Shown: positions 1 to 9,634 of the stretch, one piece after another | Layout: each line of letters opens with the position of its first letter | Numbering within the stretch: position 1 is the first letter of the stretch | Assembly (NCBI RefSeq): GCF_000017305.1 | Contig: NC_009664.2 | Location: 1,800,001 to 1,832,000, forward strand | Direction of reading: 5' to 3' | Source: Kineococcus radiotolerans SRS30216 = ATCC BAA-149 | Lineage (GTDB): Bacteria; Actinomycetota; Actinomycetes; Actinomycetales; Kineococcaceae | Length of the DNA: 32,000 bases | Made by a program: the position numbers and the translations under genes | Notes under the pieces: model-generated | Seen by the model: the letters and a program-made list of their open reading frames with translations, nothing else | Told to the model about the DNA's origin: nothing | Database searches by the model: none

Positions 1-1284
1 CACGCCCGCGAGCGCCATGGCCAGCGCCGCCCCGGAGTAGGTGACCGACCAGTGCGGGCTGGGGGCCAGGGTCCGCTCCCCGAGGAACCGCGCCACCCAG
101 GGGGCGACGAGCATGACGGCGATGATGACGACGCGGGTGCTGGAGCCGACGAAGGAGAACGTCCGCCCGCGCACGTCGTCGTCGACCTCCAGGCCCAGCA
201 GCGTGTAGGCGGAGACGTAGGCGAGGCCGGTGAAGAGCCCCAGCGCGACGACGAACAGCGCGGCGACGACGATGTCGCCGACGAGGGCGACGAGGACGAG
301 GGCCACCCCGGCCGCCGACAGGGCCAACCCGAAGGTCCGGCGCCGGCTCAGCCCCGACAGCCACCGCGGGCCCTGCCACACCCCGAGGGCGACCCCGGCG
401 AAGACGGCCATGACGACGACGCCGTAGCCGGGGTCACCGGCCCCGAGGCCGGTGACGAAGGCCCGCCCGAGCCCGAGGACGACCCCGCCGGCGCCGAAGG
501 CGACGAGCATGCCGAGCACCAGGCCCCGCAGCAGCGGGGAGCCCCCGACGAAGCGCCAGCCCTCGACGATGTCGCGCCCCAGGGTGGGGGCCAGCCCGCC
601 CCGGCGCGGGCGCGGGGTGCGCGGGGGGATGTCCAGGCGGGCGATGACGAGCGCGGCGACGAGGAAGGTGGCGGCGTTGACGTACATCGCGAGGTCGGAC
701 TGGTGACCGGCGAGGAAGGGCAGGGCGTTGTCGAGGACCCCGGTCAGCAGGGTCAGCAGGATGAAGGCGAGCCCGGCGACGGGGGCCGAGCCGTAGGTGG
801 CGACGAGGCTGATCCGGTTGGCGGCCTCCAGCCGCTCCTCCGGCACCAGGTTGGGCACGGTGGCGTCCTTGGCCGGGCCCCAGAACAGCGTCACCAGCTC
901 GATGAGCAGCGTCGCGACGAACAGCCAGGTGAGGCTGGCGACGATCGGGATGGAGAGGAAGAGCCCGAACCGCAGCACGTCCCCCACGACCATCGTCAGG
1001 CGGCGGTCGAGGCGGTCGGCGAGGGCCCCGGCCAGCGGCCCGAGCAGCGCCGCGGGGGCGAGCTGGAGGATGAAGACGGTGGAGACGGCCACGCTGGTCT
1101 GCGTCGCGTCCCCCACGGTGAGCCCCGCGGCCGTGCCCAGCTTGGCGAGCATGCCCAGCCAGTCCCCGAAGCTGGAGAGGGTGAGCGAGAGCCACATGCG
1201 GCGGAAGTCGGGGTGGTTCCGCAGCAGCGCCCGCACGTCGTGGTCCGGGGCCGCGGCGTGGGGCGTTGCTGCGGGTTCGGTCAC
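1..1284 (-). CDS. MFS transporter (DHA3/EntS-like), C-terminus cut by the window edge
   Basis: Absent from the ORF track because it runs off the left edge. My minus-strand translation from GTG at 1284 reads VTEPAATPHAAAPDHDVRALLRNHPDFRRMWLSLTLSSFGDWLGMLAKLG...ALADRLDRRLTMVVGDVLRFGLFLSIPIV..., with many hydrophobic spans. It stays open to position 1 (428 codons). The GTG overlaps the TGA of the upstream acyltransferase (GTGA at 1281-1284). Confidence 0.8.
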   Translation of the reverse strand, partial: MTEPAATPHAAAPDHDVRALLRNHPDFRRMWLSLTLSSFGDWLGMLAKLGTAAGLTVGDATQTSVAVSTVFILQLAPAALLGPLAGALADRLDRRLTMVVGDVLRFGLFLSIPIVASLTWLFVATLLIELVTLFWGPAKDATVPNLVPEERLEAANRISLVATYGSAPVAGLAFILLTLLTGVLDNALPFLAGHQSDLAMYVNAATFLVAALVIARLDIPPRTPRPRRGGLAPTLGRDIVEGWRFVGGSPLLRGLVLGMLVAFGAGGVVLGLGRAFVTGLGAGDPGYGVVVMAVFAGVALGVWQGPRWLSGLSRRRTFGLALSAAGVALVLVALVGDIVVAALFVVALGLFTGLAYVSAYTLLGLEVDDDVRGRTFSFVGSSTRVVIIAVMLVAPWVARFLGERTLAPSPHWSVTYSGAALAMALAGV

Positions 1285-2474
1285 GTCGCCAGGGTAGAGG
1301 CCGTGCCCGACAGCTCCGCGCGCTCGGCCACGGGCTGCGCGGGGTCCGCGACCGGGCCCGGGCGGGGGCGGGTGGCGCGCCGCTCCAGGGCGCGGGCCCC
1401 GCGCAGCAGCGGCTGCTCGACGACGCGGTGGGCGACGAGCCCCGCGACCTGGCAGCCGGCGAGGACGAGGAGGACGACGGCGAGCTGGAGCACCACCCCG
1501 GCGGCCCCGCCCGGGGTGGGCAGCACCGCGCTGACGACGACGGCGAGCAGCGTGACGAGGGGCACGTGGACGAGGTACAGGGCGTAGGAGGCGTCGCCGA
1601 GGCGGGCGAGCAGCGCGGGCACCCGCAGGCGGCCGTCGCGCTCCAGCCGGGCCAGGCCGGCGACCGCGAGGGCGGCACCGGTGCCGACGACGAGCGCACC
1701 GGCGGTGGCGTCGCGCAGCAGCGGCCCGTGCACCGACAGGTCGATCCAGGCGGGCACCAGCAGCGCCAGCCCGGCGGTGAGCAGCGCCCCGCCGTGGCCG
1801 CGGTGGCGCAGGACGAGGAGGCCGGCGGCGATGCCGAGCAGGAACTCGAGGTTGACGGGGTTGGTCGCGACCCGCCACCACGGGGAGCTCGCGTCGGGGA
1901 GGGCGAGGTGGCCGACGAGGACGAACGCCCCCCAGCCCACCAGCACGGCGCGGGCGGCCCACCGCCCGGCGCGGGCGGCGACCAGGGCGAGGGTGAAGAC
2001 GGCGTAGAAGCCCATCTCGTGGACCAGCGTCCAGCCGACCAGCAGCAGCGGTTCCCCGCTCTGGGGCAGCAGGAGGAAGGAGGCGAGCAGGTCGGTGCCC
2101 GCCAGGCCGCCCTCGCGCAGCCCGGGGACGACGACGACGGCGGCCAGGACGGCCAGCGTCACGACCCAGTAGACCGGGTAGACGCGGCTGGCCCGGCGCC
2201 AGGCGAACCGGCCCAGCGAGGTGGTGGGCGCCCCCTCCAGCAGCGCCCCGCCGGCGGTGACGGCCATGACGAACCCGCTGACGACGAAGAAGACGTCGAC
2301 GCCCGTCATGGCGGGGTACCACAGCGGCTGGAGCAGCGAACGGTCGAAGACCTTGTGCTCGAAGGCCGTCGGGCCGGCGAGGTGGACGACGACGACCATC
2401 GACGCGGCCAGGGCGCGGACGGCCTGCAGCGTCGCCAGCCGGGGAGGGCGGGCGGGGATCGCGGGGAGGGGCAC
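1281..2474 (-). CDS. Acyltransferase family 3 integral membrane protein
   Basis: 397-aa ORF. The N-terminus LQAVRALAASMVVVVHLAG...GVDVFFVVSGFVM is typical of the acyltransferase_3 family, and the protein is hydrophobic throughout. GTG start. Confidence 0.85.
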   Translation of the reverse strand: MPLPAIPARPPRLATLQAVRALAASMVVVVHLAGPTAFEHKVFDRSLLQPLWYPAMTGVDVFFVVSGFVMAVTAGGALLEGAPTTSLGRFAWRRASRVYPVYWVVTLAVLAAVVVVPGLREGGLAGTDLLASFLLLPQSGEPLLLVGWTLVHEMGFYAVFTLALVAARAGRWAARAVLVGWGAFVLVGHLALPDASSPWWRVATNPVNLEFLLGIAAGLLVLRHRGHGGALLTAGLALLVPAWIDLSVHGPLLRDATAGALVVGTGAALAVAGLARLERDGRLRVPALLARLGDASYALYLVHVPLVTLLAVVVSAVLPTPGGAAGVVLQLAVVLLVLAGCQVAGLVAHRVVEQPLLRGARALERRATRPRPGPVADPAQPVAERAELSGTASTLAT

Positions 2475-2530
2475 GAGTCAGCACCCTGCCGGGGCGGGGG
2501 ACCCCGCCCGGGGGCTTCCGCCCGTCTTCA

Positions 2531-2583
2531 CCCGCCCGCGAGGGGAAGCCGACGCTGCGTGTCGGTCCCCTCACGCGGGCGGG
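2531..2583 (-). terminator. Long imperfect GC-rich hairpin just downstream of the topA stop
   Basis: cccgcccgcgagggga ... tcccctcacgcgggcggg form inverted arms with a small bulge, and an inner ccgac/gtcgg pairing. It lies 6 nt past the topA stop codon. No U-tract. Confidence 0.4.
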
Positions 2584-2588
2584 GCGGG

Positions 2589-5480
2589 TCAGGACTCCGC
2601 CGCGGCCGTCTTCCTGGCCGTCGTCTTCTTCGCCGCGGTCTTCTTCGCGGCGGTCTTCTTGACCGTCGCGGTCCCGGTGGTCGTCTTCGCCGCCGTCTTC
2701 TTCGTCGCCGTCTTGCGCGCGGTCTTCTTCGCCGGCCCCTTGGCCCGCTTCTCGGCGAGCAGCTCCGCGGCGCGCTCCAGCGTCACCGTCTCGGGGTCGT
2801 CGTCCTTGCGCAGCGTCGCGTTGGTCGTGCCGTCGGTCGCGTACGGGCCGAAGCGGCCGTCCTTGATGACGATGGGCTGACCGGACTCCGGGTCGGCGCC
2901 GAGCTCCTTCAGCGGGGGCTTGGCCACCTGGCCGCGCCGCATCTTGGGCTGGGCGTAGATCGCGAGGACCTCGGGCAGGGTGATGGAGAAGATCTGGTCC
3001 TCGGTCTCCAGCGAGCGGGAGTCCGTGCCCTTCTTCAGGTACGGCCCGTAGCGGCCGTTCTGCGCGGTGATCTCGTCACCGGTCTCCGGGTCCGTCCCGA
3101 CCACGCGCGGCAGCGACAGCAGCTGCAGGGCCTGCTCCAGCGTCACGGAGTCCACCGACATGTCCTTGAACAGCGACCCGGTGCGCGGCTTGACCTTCGC
3201 CGCCTTCTTGGCCGCGCGCTTCTTCGGCGCCCCCTCGGCGGGCTCCTCCGGCGCGGGCGCCGGGGCGTCGTCCTCGACGAGCTCGGTGACGTAGGGCCCG
3301 TAGCGGCCCACCCGCGCCACGATCGTCCGCCCCGACTCCGGGTCCTGGCCCAGGACGTTGTCGCCGTCGGACTGCGAGGTCAGCAGCTCCCGCGCCTTGT
3401 CCACGGTCATCTCGTCGGGCGCGATGTCCTCGGGAACCGACGCCTTCAGCAGCTCACCGGTCTCGACGTCGGGACCCTCCAGGTAGGGGCCGTAGCGGCC
3501 CACCCGCAGGACGATGCCCTCCCCGATGGGGATGGTGGAGATCTCGCGGGCGTCGATGGAACCGAGGTCGTCGGCCAGGCCCTTGATGCCGTCCAGCGCC
3601 GCCCCGCCGCCGGAGCCGTCCGGCCCGTCCGCGACCACGGCCCCGGCCGTCGGGCCGGCGGCCCCGAAGTAGAACCGCGTCAGCCAGTCCACGCGCTCGG
3701 CCTCCCCGCGCGAGATCGCGTCGAGGTCGTTCTCCATCCCGGCGGTGAAGTCGTAGTCGACGAGCTTGGGGAAGTGCTCCTCCAGCAGCCGCGTCACCGC
3801 GAACGCCAGCCACGACGGCACCAGGGCGGAGCCCTTGTACGTCACGTAGCCGCGGTCGACGATCGTGGAGATGATCGAGGCGAACGTCGAGGGACGCCCG
3901 ATCCCCTTCTCCTCCAGCGCCTTCACCAGGCTGGCCTCGGTGTAGCGGGCCGGCGGGGACGTCTCGTGCCCGGCGGTGGCGAGGTCGGAGGCGGTCAGCG
4001 GGTCGCCCGCGACGACCTGCGGCAGGCGGCGGTCCTCGTCGCCCGCGCCCTCGGAGTCCGCGTCGCGGGTCGCGTCGCGCCCCTCCTCGTAGGCGGCGAG
4101 GAACCCGCGGAAGGTGATGATCGTGCCCGAGGCGGAGAACTCGGCGTCGCGGCCGTCGTCCGTGGTCGCGCCGAGGCGCACCGTCGCGGTCGTCCCGCGG
4201 GCGTCGTGCATCTGCGAGGCGACGGTGCGCTTCCAGATGAGGTCGTACATGCGGAAGTCGTCCCCGCGCAGCTCGCCGGAGACCTGCGCCGGGGTGCGGA
4301 ACGTCTCCCCCGCCGGGCGGATCGCCTCGTGGCCTTCCTGCGCGTTCTTCGACTTCGACGCGTACGCCCGCGGGGAGTCCGGCACGTACTCCGGCCCGTA
4401 CAGCTCCCGCGCCTGCGCCCGCGCCGCCGACAGCGCCTGCGAGGACAGCTGGACGGAGTCGGTGCGCATGTAGGTGATGTAGCCGCGCTCGTAGAGGCCC
4501 TGCGCGGTGCGCATGGCCTGGCGGGCGTTCAGGCGCAGCTTGCGGGAGGCCTCCTGCTGCAGCGTGGAGGTGATGAACGGCGCCGCCGGGCGGCGGGTGT
4601 ACGGCTTCTCCTCCACCCCGCGCACCGCGAAGGAGGCGCCGTCCAGCCCGTCGACGAGGGCCTGCGCGGCGGGGACGTCGAGGTGGGCGACGTTCGCGCT
4701 GGACGCCTTCAGCCGCCCGTCGTCGCCGAAGTCGCGGCCGGTGGCGACGCGCTTGCCGTCGAGGCTGGACAGGCGGGCGGAGAAGGCGGAACCGGCCTGC
4801 TCGCCGGTGGCGGTGAAGGTGCCGGTGACGTCGGCGTAGCCGGCGGCGACGAAGGCCATCCGCTCGCGCTCGCGCTCCACGCAGAGGCGGGTGGCGACGG
4901 ACTGCACGCGACCGGCGGACAACCCCGCGCGGACCTTGCGCCACAGCACCGGGGACAGCTCGTAGCCGTAGAGGCGGTCGAGGATGCGCCGGGTCTCCTG
5001 CGCGTCGACCATGCGGTCGTCGATGTCGCGCAGCTCGCCGACGGCCTGCTGGATCGCCTCGCGGGTGATCTCGCCGAACACCATGCGCCGGTAGGGCACG
5101 CGCGGTTCGAGGGCCTGCACGAGGTGCCAGGCGATGGCCTCGCCCTCGCGGTCGCGGTCGGTGGCGAGGATGAGCTCGTCGGCGTCCTTGAGGGCGCGCT
5201 TGAGCTCGTTGACCTTCTTCTTCTTGTCGTCGTCGACGACGTAGTACGGCTCGAAGCCGTGGTCGACGTCGACCGCGAACTTCCCGTACGGGCCCTTCTT
5301 GACGTCCTCGGGCAGCTGGGAGGGCTGGGGGAGGTCGCGGATGTGGCCGTAGCTGGCCTCCACCTGGTACCCCGGGCCCAGGTACGTCGAGATCTTGTCG
5401 ATCTTGCTCGGGGACTCGACGATCACCAGTCGGCGCAGTCCGTCACCGGACGCTCGCGTTCCCTGGGACTTGCCCGCCAC
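2589..5480 (-). CDS. topA: DNA topoisomerase I, actinobacterial type (Cys-less C-terminal repeats plus Lys-rich tail)
   Basis: 963 aa. It starts with a TOPRIM domain (LVIVESPSKIDKISTYLG...ASYGHIRDLP) and has the active-site region YITYMRTDS. Four G(R)YGPY C-terminal repeats are present, followed by a tail AKKTARKTATKKTAAK...AAKKTAAKKTTARKTAAAES. Confidence 0.98.
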   Translation of the reverse strand: MAGKSQGTRASGDGLRRLVIVESPSKIDKISTYLGPGYQVEASYGHIRDLPQPSQLPEDVKKGPYGKFAVDVDHGFEPYYVVDDDKKKKVNELKRALKDADELILATDRDREGEAIAWHLVQALEPRVPYRRMVFGEITREAIQQAVGELRDIDDRMVDAQETRRILDRLYGYELSPVLWRKVRAGLSAGRVQSVATRLCVERERERMAFVAAGYADVTGTFTATGEQAGSAFSARLSSLDGKRVATGRDFGDDGRLKASSANVAHLDVPAAQALVDGLDGASFAVRGVEEKPYTRRPAAPFITSTLQQEASRKLRLNARQAMRTAQGLYERGYITYMRTDSVQLSSQALSAARAQARELYGPEYVPDSPRAYASKSKNAQEGHEAIRPAGETFRTPAQVSGELRGDDFRMYDLIWKRTVASQMHDARGTTATVRLGATTDDGRDAEFSASGTIITFRGFLAAYEEGRDATRDADSEGAGDEDRRLPQVVAGDPLTASDLATAGHETSPPARYTEASLVKALEEKGIGRPSTFASIISTIVDRGYVTYKGSALVPSWLAFAVTRLLEEHFPKLVDYDFTAGMENDLDAISRGEAERVDWLTRFYFGAAGPTAGAVVADGPDGSGGGAALDGIKGLADDLGSIDAREISTIPIGEGIVLRVGRYGPYLEGPDVETGELLKASVPEDIAPDEMTVDKARELLTSQSDGDNVLGQDPESGRTIVARVGRYGPYVTELVEDDAPAPAPEEPAEGAPKKRAAKKAAKVKPRTGSLFKDMSVDSVTLEQALQLLSLPRVVGTDPETGDEITAQNGRYGPYLKKGTDSRSLETEDQIFSITLPEVLAIYAQPKMRRGQVAKPPLKELGADPESGQPIVIKDGRFGPYATDGTTNATLRKDDDPETVTLERAAELLAEKRAKGPAKKTARKTATKKTAAKTTTGTATVKKTAAKKTAAKKTTARKTAAAES

Positions 5481-5608
5481 TGGTCCTGCCTCTCACTGCC
5501 GGATCGCTGTCCGCCCCGCCGAGTGGATCGACGGGGCGCGGAGCCAATGTCGCACGCCGTGCCCGGCCCCGTGCAACCGGCGCGTCGCCGGGGACGGCGA
5601 TCCCGGCG

Positions 5609-7135
5609 TCAGAGCAGCAGCAGCCCGTCGGCGACCAAGTCGCGCACCCGGGGGTAGAGCCGGGCGCGCACGGCCCCGACCTCCTCCTCCCCCAGCACCG
5701 CGAGCCCGGCGGTGATCTGCCCCACCGTCAGCTCCCCGTCGCACGCCCCGACGAGGCCGGCGAGGTCCCCGTCGACCTGCGCGACGCGGCGCAGCCCGCC
5801 GCCCTGGCGCAGCAGCACGATGCGCGGGTCGGGGTCGCCGGGGGTGTGGAAGCGCTCGTCGGTGACGTCGGGGGCCACGGTCAGGGTGAGGTCGCCCAGG
5901 TCCTCCACCCCGGCCATCCGGTCGTGCACCGCGAGCCCCGCCGCGAAGACCTCGCCCAGCGGGTCGCTCAGCGCCGCCAGGTTCTCCTCGAAGCGGCGCA
6001 GCGGGGCCCCCGCGCGCAGCGGCCGGCGCAGGGTGACGACCCCGAAGCCGACGCCGGTGACCCCGCGCGCGGCGAAGTCGTCCAGCCACGCCGCGTACAG
6101 CTCGTCGAAGCGGGGACCGGGCTTCTGCCCCCCGTCGCGGATCCACGTCTCCGCGTACAGCGCCGGGTCGGCGACCTCGCGCTGCACGACCCACGCGTCC
6201 AGCCCGGTGCCCTCCAGCCAGCTCTCCACCCGCTGCGACCAGCTCTGCCCCTCGTGCAGCTCCCAGTTGCCCAGCAGCTGCGCCACCCCGCCGGGAGCCA
6301 GCACCGACCCCACCCCGCCGACGAGGCGCTGGACCAGGGAGTCCCCGGGCATCCCGCCGTCGCGGTACTCGTAGGTCGGCACCGCGGCGGTGCGGGGGGT
6401 GATGACGAACGGCGGGTTGGACACCACGAGCCCGAACTCCTCCCCCGCCTCGACGGGCTCCAGCAGCGACCCCTGCCGCAGGTCCAGAGCGACCTCGTTG
6501 AGCGCGGCGTTGACGGCGGCCAGGTCCAGGGCGCGCTCGGAGGTGTCGGTGGCGGTGACCCGCCGGGCGTGCCGGGAGGCGTGCAGGGCCTGGATCCCGC
6601 AGCCGGTGCCGATGTCCAGGACGCGCTCGACGGGGGTCCGCACCGTCGCCGAGGCCAGGGTCAGCGACGCCCCGCCGACCCCGAGGACGTGGTCGGCCGA
6701 CAGCTCCGAACCCGTCGCGAGCTCGCCGAGGTCGCTGACCAGCCACCAGTGCGCGGTCCCCGCGGCGTCGTCGACGGAGTAGGGGCGCAGGTCCACCAGG
6801 GGACGCACCTCGTCCCCGGGCGCCTGCCCGGCGGCGCGCACCAGCCCGAGCCGCTCCGCCCCGGCCGTCCCGGTCCGCGGCAGCGCCGCGTCGAGGGCGG
6901 CGCGGGTCACCGGGCGCCCCAGGGTCGCGCAGCGCAGCAGGACGGCCGCGGGTTCGGCGGACCCCTCGGTGGCCCGCAGCGCCGGCAGCGGCTGCTCGCG
7001 GTCCAGCGCGGCGGAGGCGACGTCGCCGACGAGCCGGCCGACCCCGTCCACCGTGTAGTCCGCGGCGCGCAGGTCCTCGCGCAGGGCGGCGAGGAGTTCA
7101 CGGGGACCGCTGGGGGCGCTGGTGCTGGTGCTCAC
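5609..7135 (-). CDS. Class I SAM-dependent methyltransferase with NPPF motif (large, about 508 aa, flanking domains of unknown function)
   Basis: Motif I-like VLDIGTGCGIQALH and motif IV FGLVVSNPPFVITP, the NPPF/NPPY type seen in N5-Gln and N6-Ade methyltransferases. Substrate cannot be inferred from sequence. Confidence 0.8.
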   Translation of the reverse strand: MSTSTSAPSGPRELLAALREDLRAADYTVDGVGRLVGDVASAALDREQPLPALRATEGSAEPAAVLLRCATLGRPVTRAALDAALPRTGTAGAERLGLVRAAGQAPGDEVRPLVDLRPYSVDDAAGTAHWWLVSDLGELATGSELSADHVLGVGGASLTLASATVRTPVERVLDIGTGCGIQALHASRHARRVTATDTSERALDLAAVNAALNEVALDLRQGSLLEPVEAGEEFGLVVSNPPFVITPRTAAVPTYEYRDGGMPGDSLVQRLVGGVGSVLAPGGVAQLLGNWELHEGQSWSQRVESWLEGTGLDAWVVQREVADPALYAETWIRDGGQKPGPRFDELYAAWLDDFAARGVTGVGFGVVTLRRPLRAGAPLRRFEENLAALSDPLGEVFAAGLAVHDRMAGVEDLGDLTLTVAPDVTDERFHTPGDPDPRIVLLRQGGGLRRVAQVDGDLAGLVGACDGELTVGQITAGLAVLGEEEVGAVRARLYPRVRDLVADGLLLL

Positions 7136-7181
7136 GTGGGGCGAGTCTGCCCCACCCGCGCGCGGGCGCCGGGACGGGCGG

Positions 7182-9527
7182 TCACGGCAGCCGCTCCGCG
7201 CTGTCCCCGCTGCGCAGGTCCACCCCGGTCGCCGGGCCGGTCGGGGCGGCCATGTCCACCCGCCGGACCTTGCTCACCACGACGGCCACGACGATGACGA
7301 CGGTCGCGGCGGCGGCGATGCCGTAGCGGGCCGCGGCGTTGGCCTCGGCCCCGATGGACAGCGTCACCACGGCCGGGGCGATGAGCAGCGCGACGAGGTT
7401 CATCACCTTGATGAGCGGGTTGATGGAGGGGCCCGCGGTGTCCTTGAACGGGTCGCCGACGGTGTCGCCGATGACGGTGGCCTCGTGCGCCGCGGAGCCC
7501 TTGCCCCCGTGCAGGCCGTCCTCGACGAGCTTCTTGGCGTTGTCCCACGCCCCGCCGGAGTTGGACAGGAACACCGCCATGAGGACCCCCGCCGCGATCG
7601 CGCCGCCGAGGAACCCCGCCAGCGGGGCCACGCCGAGGCCGAACCCGACCGCGATGGGCGCGAACGCGGCCAGCAGCCCCGGGGTGGCGAGCTCGCGCAG
7701 CGCGTCGCGGGTGCAGAGGTCGACGACGCGGCCGTGGTCGGGCTGCTCGGTCCCGTCCATGATCCCGGGGTGGTCGGCGAACTGGCGGCGGACCTCCAGC
7801 ACGACCGCCGCCGCCGAACGGCCCACGGCGTTGATGGCCAGACCGGCGAAGAGGAACACCGCGGCCGCCCCCAGCAGCACCCCGACCAGCGTGGTGGGGG
7901 TGGAGACGCTGAAGTCCCCGATGGTGCGCTGCAGGTACTGCGAGGGCGTCTCGATGGCGACGGCGACCTCGTTGATGCGGTTCACCACCGCCTCCTGGTA
8001 GGAGCCGAACAGCGCGGTCGCGGCGAGCACCGCGGTGGCGATGGCGATGCCCTTGGTCACGGCCTTGGTGGTGTTGCCCACCGCGTCGAGCTCGGTGAGG
8101 ACCGCCGCGCCCTCCGCGTCGACGTCGCCGCTCATCTCGGCGATGCCCTGGGCGTTGTCGCTGACGGGACCGAAGGTGTCCATCGCGACGATGACCCCGA
8201 CCGTCGTCAGCAACCCGCACCCGGCGAGCGCGACGAGGAACATCGCCAGGGCCAGGACCCCGCCGGCGAGCAGGAAGGCCAGGAACACCGCCCCGGCGAT
8301 GACGAGGGTGGTGTAGACCGCCGACTCCAGGCCCAGGCCGATGCCGGAGAGCACGACGGTGGCCGCGCCGGTGGTGGAGGCGTCGGCGACGTCGCGGGTC
8401 GGCTTCGCCTCGGTGCCGGTGTAGTGGCCGGTGATGGCGAGGATGAGGACCGCGAGCAGGATCCCCAGCAGGACCGCGGCGAAGGCGATGACCCGGGGGT
8501 CGCCGTTGAGCCCGGCGACGGACTCGTCGGCGCCGCTGAACTCGGCGAAGGTGGCGGGCAGGTAGGCGAAGCAGGCGATCGCGGTCCCGGCGAGCGCCAC
8601 GGCGGCGGAGAGGTAGAACCCGTTCTGGATGGAGGTGAGCCCGCTGGTCCCGGGCCGGGCCCGGACCAGCACCACCCCCAGCGCGGCGGTGATCGCGCCG
8701 ATGGCGGGCACGAGCAGCGGCAGGACCAGCCCGGTCTCCCCGACGGCGGCGCTGCCGAGGATGACGGCGGCGACGATGGTCACGGCGTAGGACTCGAAGA
8801 GGTCGGCGGCCATCCCGGCGCAGTCGCCCACGTTGTCGCCGACGTTGTCGGCGATGGTGGCGGGGTTGCGGGGGTCGTCCTCGGGGATGCCCTGCTCGAT
8901 CTTGCCGACGAGGTCGGCGCCGACGTCGGCGGCCTTGGTGAAGATCCCGCCGCCGACGCGCATGAACATCGCCAGCAGGGCGGCGCCGAAGCCGAAGCCC
9001 TCCAGGACGGTGGGGGCGTCGGCGCCGAAGGCGAGGACGGCGACGGAGGCGCCCAGCAGCCCCAGGCCGACGGTCGTCATGCCGACGACGCCGCCGGTGC
9101 GGAACGCGATCCGCATCCCCCTCTCCCGGCCCCCGGCGCCCTCGCGGGCGGCGGCGGCGACCCGGACGTTGGCCCGCACGGCCAGCGACATCCCGAGGTA
9201 GCCGATGGCGGCGGAGAACACCGCGCCCAGGACGAACGCGGCGCTGCGCGCGATCCGCAGGTCCCAGCCATCGGCGGGCAGGGCCAGCAGGAGGAGGAGG
9301 ACGGCGACGGCGAACCAGGCGAGGGTGCGGAACTGCCGGCGCAGGTAGGCCGCGGCCCCGTTCTGCACGGCGCCGGCGATCTCCTGCATGCGGGCGGTGC
9401 CCTCACCGGCCTGGAGCACCTGCCGCCGGAACACCCAGGCGGCGACGAGGGACAGGAGGGCGGTGACGGCCACGGCGAGGGCGATGCCCTGCGCGGAACT
9501 GGACAGTTCGGGCACGGTGGGGGGCAT
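7182..9527 (-). CDS. hppA: Membrane-bound proton-translocating pyrophosphatase, K+-independent signature
   Basis: Full-length match to H+-PPase motifs: GGIFTKAADVGADLVGK, DNVGDNVGDCAGMAADLFESY and GDTVGDPFKDTAGPSINPLIKV. GNTTKAVTKG carries Lys where K+-dependent enzymes have Ala. I prefer the ATG at 9527, preceded by GAGGAGGA (9531-9538), over the track start at 9563. Confidence 0.96.
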   Translation of the reverse strand: MPPTVPELSSSAQGIALAVAVTALLSLVAAWVFRRQVLQAGEGTARMQEIAGAVQNGAAAYLRRQFRTLAWFAVAVLLLLLALPADGWDLRIARSAAFVLGAVFSAAIGYLGMSLAVRANVRVAAAAREGAGGRERGMRIAFRTGGVVGMTTVGLGLLGASVAVLAFGADAPTVLEGFGFGAALLAMFMRVGGGIFTKAADVGADLVGKIEQGIPEDDPRNPATIADNVGDNVGDCAGMAADLFESYAVTIVAAVILGSAAVGETGLVLPLLVPAIGAITAALGVVLVRARPGTSGLTSIQNGFYLSAAVALAGTAIACFAYLPATFAEFSGADESVAGLNGDPRVIAFAAVLLGILLAVLILAITGHYTGTEAKPTRDVADASTTGAATVVLSGIGLGLESAVYTTLVIAGAVFLAFLLAGGVLALAMFLVALAGCGLLTTVGVIVAMDTFGPVSDNAQGIAEMSGDVDAEGAAVLTELDAVGNTTKAVTKGIAIATAVLAATALFGSYQEAVVNRINEVAVAIETPSQYLQRTIGDFSVSTPTTLVGVLLGAAAVFLFAGLAINAVGRSAAAVVLEVRRQFADHPGIMDGTEQPDHGRVVDLCTRDALRELATPGLLAAFAPIAVGFGLGVAPLAGFLGGAIAAGVLMAVFLSNSGGAWDNAKKLVEDGLHGGKGSAAHEATVIGDTVGDPFKDTAGPSINPLIKVMNLVALLIAPAVVTLSIGAEANAAARYGIAAAATVVIVVAVVVSKVRRVDMAAPTGPATGVDLRSGDSAERLP

Positions 9528-9592
9528 CCGTCCTCCTCGACGTGTGATGACCTTGATACGCACAGTAGGCCAGCGACGTCGGGAGTGCTACA

Positions 9593-9616
9593 CCCGCGAT
9601 CGACGGTGATCGCGGG
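9593..9616 (-). terminator. Hairpin downstream of the anti-sigma/antagonist operon
   Basis: cccgcgatc-gacggt-gatcgcggg gives a 9-bp perfect stem about 20 nt past the stop at 9635. No U-tract. Confidence 0.35.
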
Positions 9617-9634
9617 CGGTGGGACGGGGGCGGA

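Noticed and set aside
52-1587. A 511-aa plus-strand ORF, with companions at 230..427, 434..1699, 452..706 and 797..1297
   Set aside because: The composition is Gly/Asp/Glu/Arg/Pro low-complexity with no recognisable domain. It lies antisense or off-frame to a convincing MFS transporter that I translated on the minus strand. This is a typical long-ORF artefact of about 74% GC DNA.
1266-5657. A 1463-aa plus-strand ORF spanning the acyltransferase and topA loci
   Set aside because: It is antisense to two well-supported genes, its sequence is Arg/Gly/Ala/Pro/Leu low-complexity, and it has no motifs.
9528-9563. A 12-codon N-terminal extension of hppA (MRIKVITRRGGR)
   Set aside because: The downstream ATG at 9527 has a strong GAGGAGGA SD, which the extension would have to be translated through. 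The extension adds a basic peptide not expected on H+-PPases. It was kept as a minor alternative.
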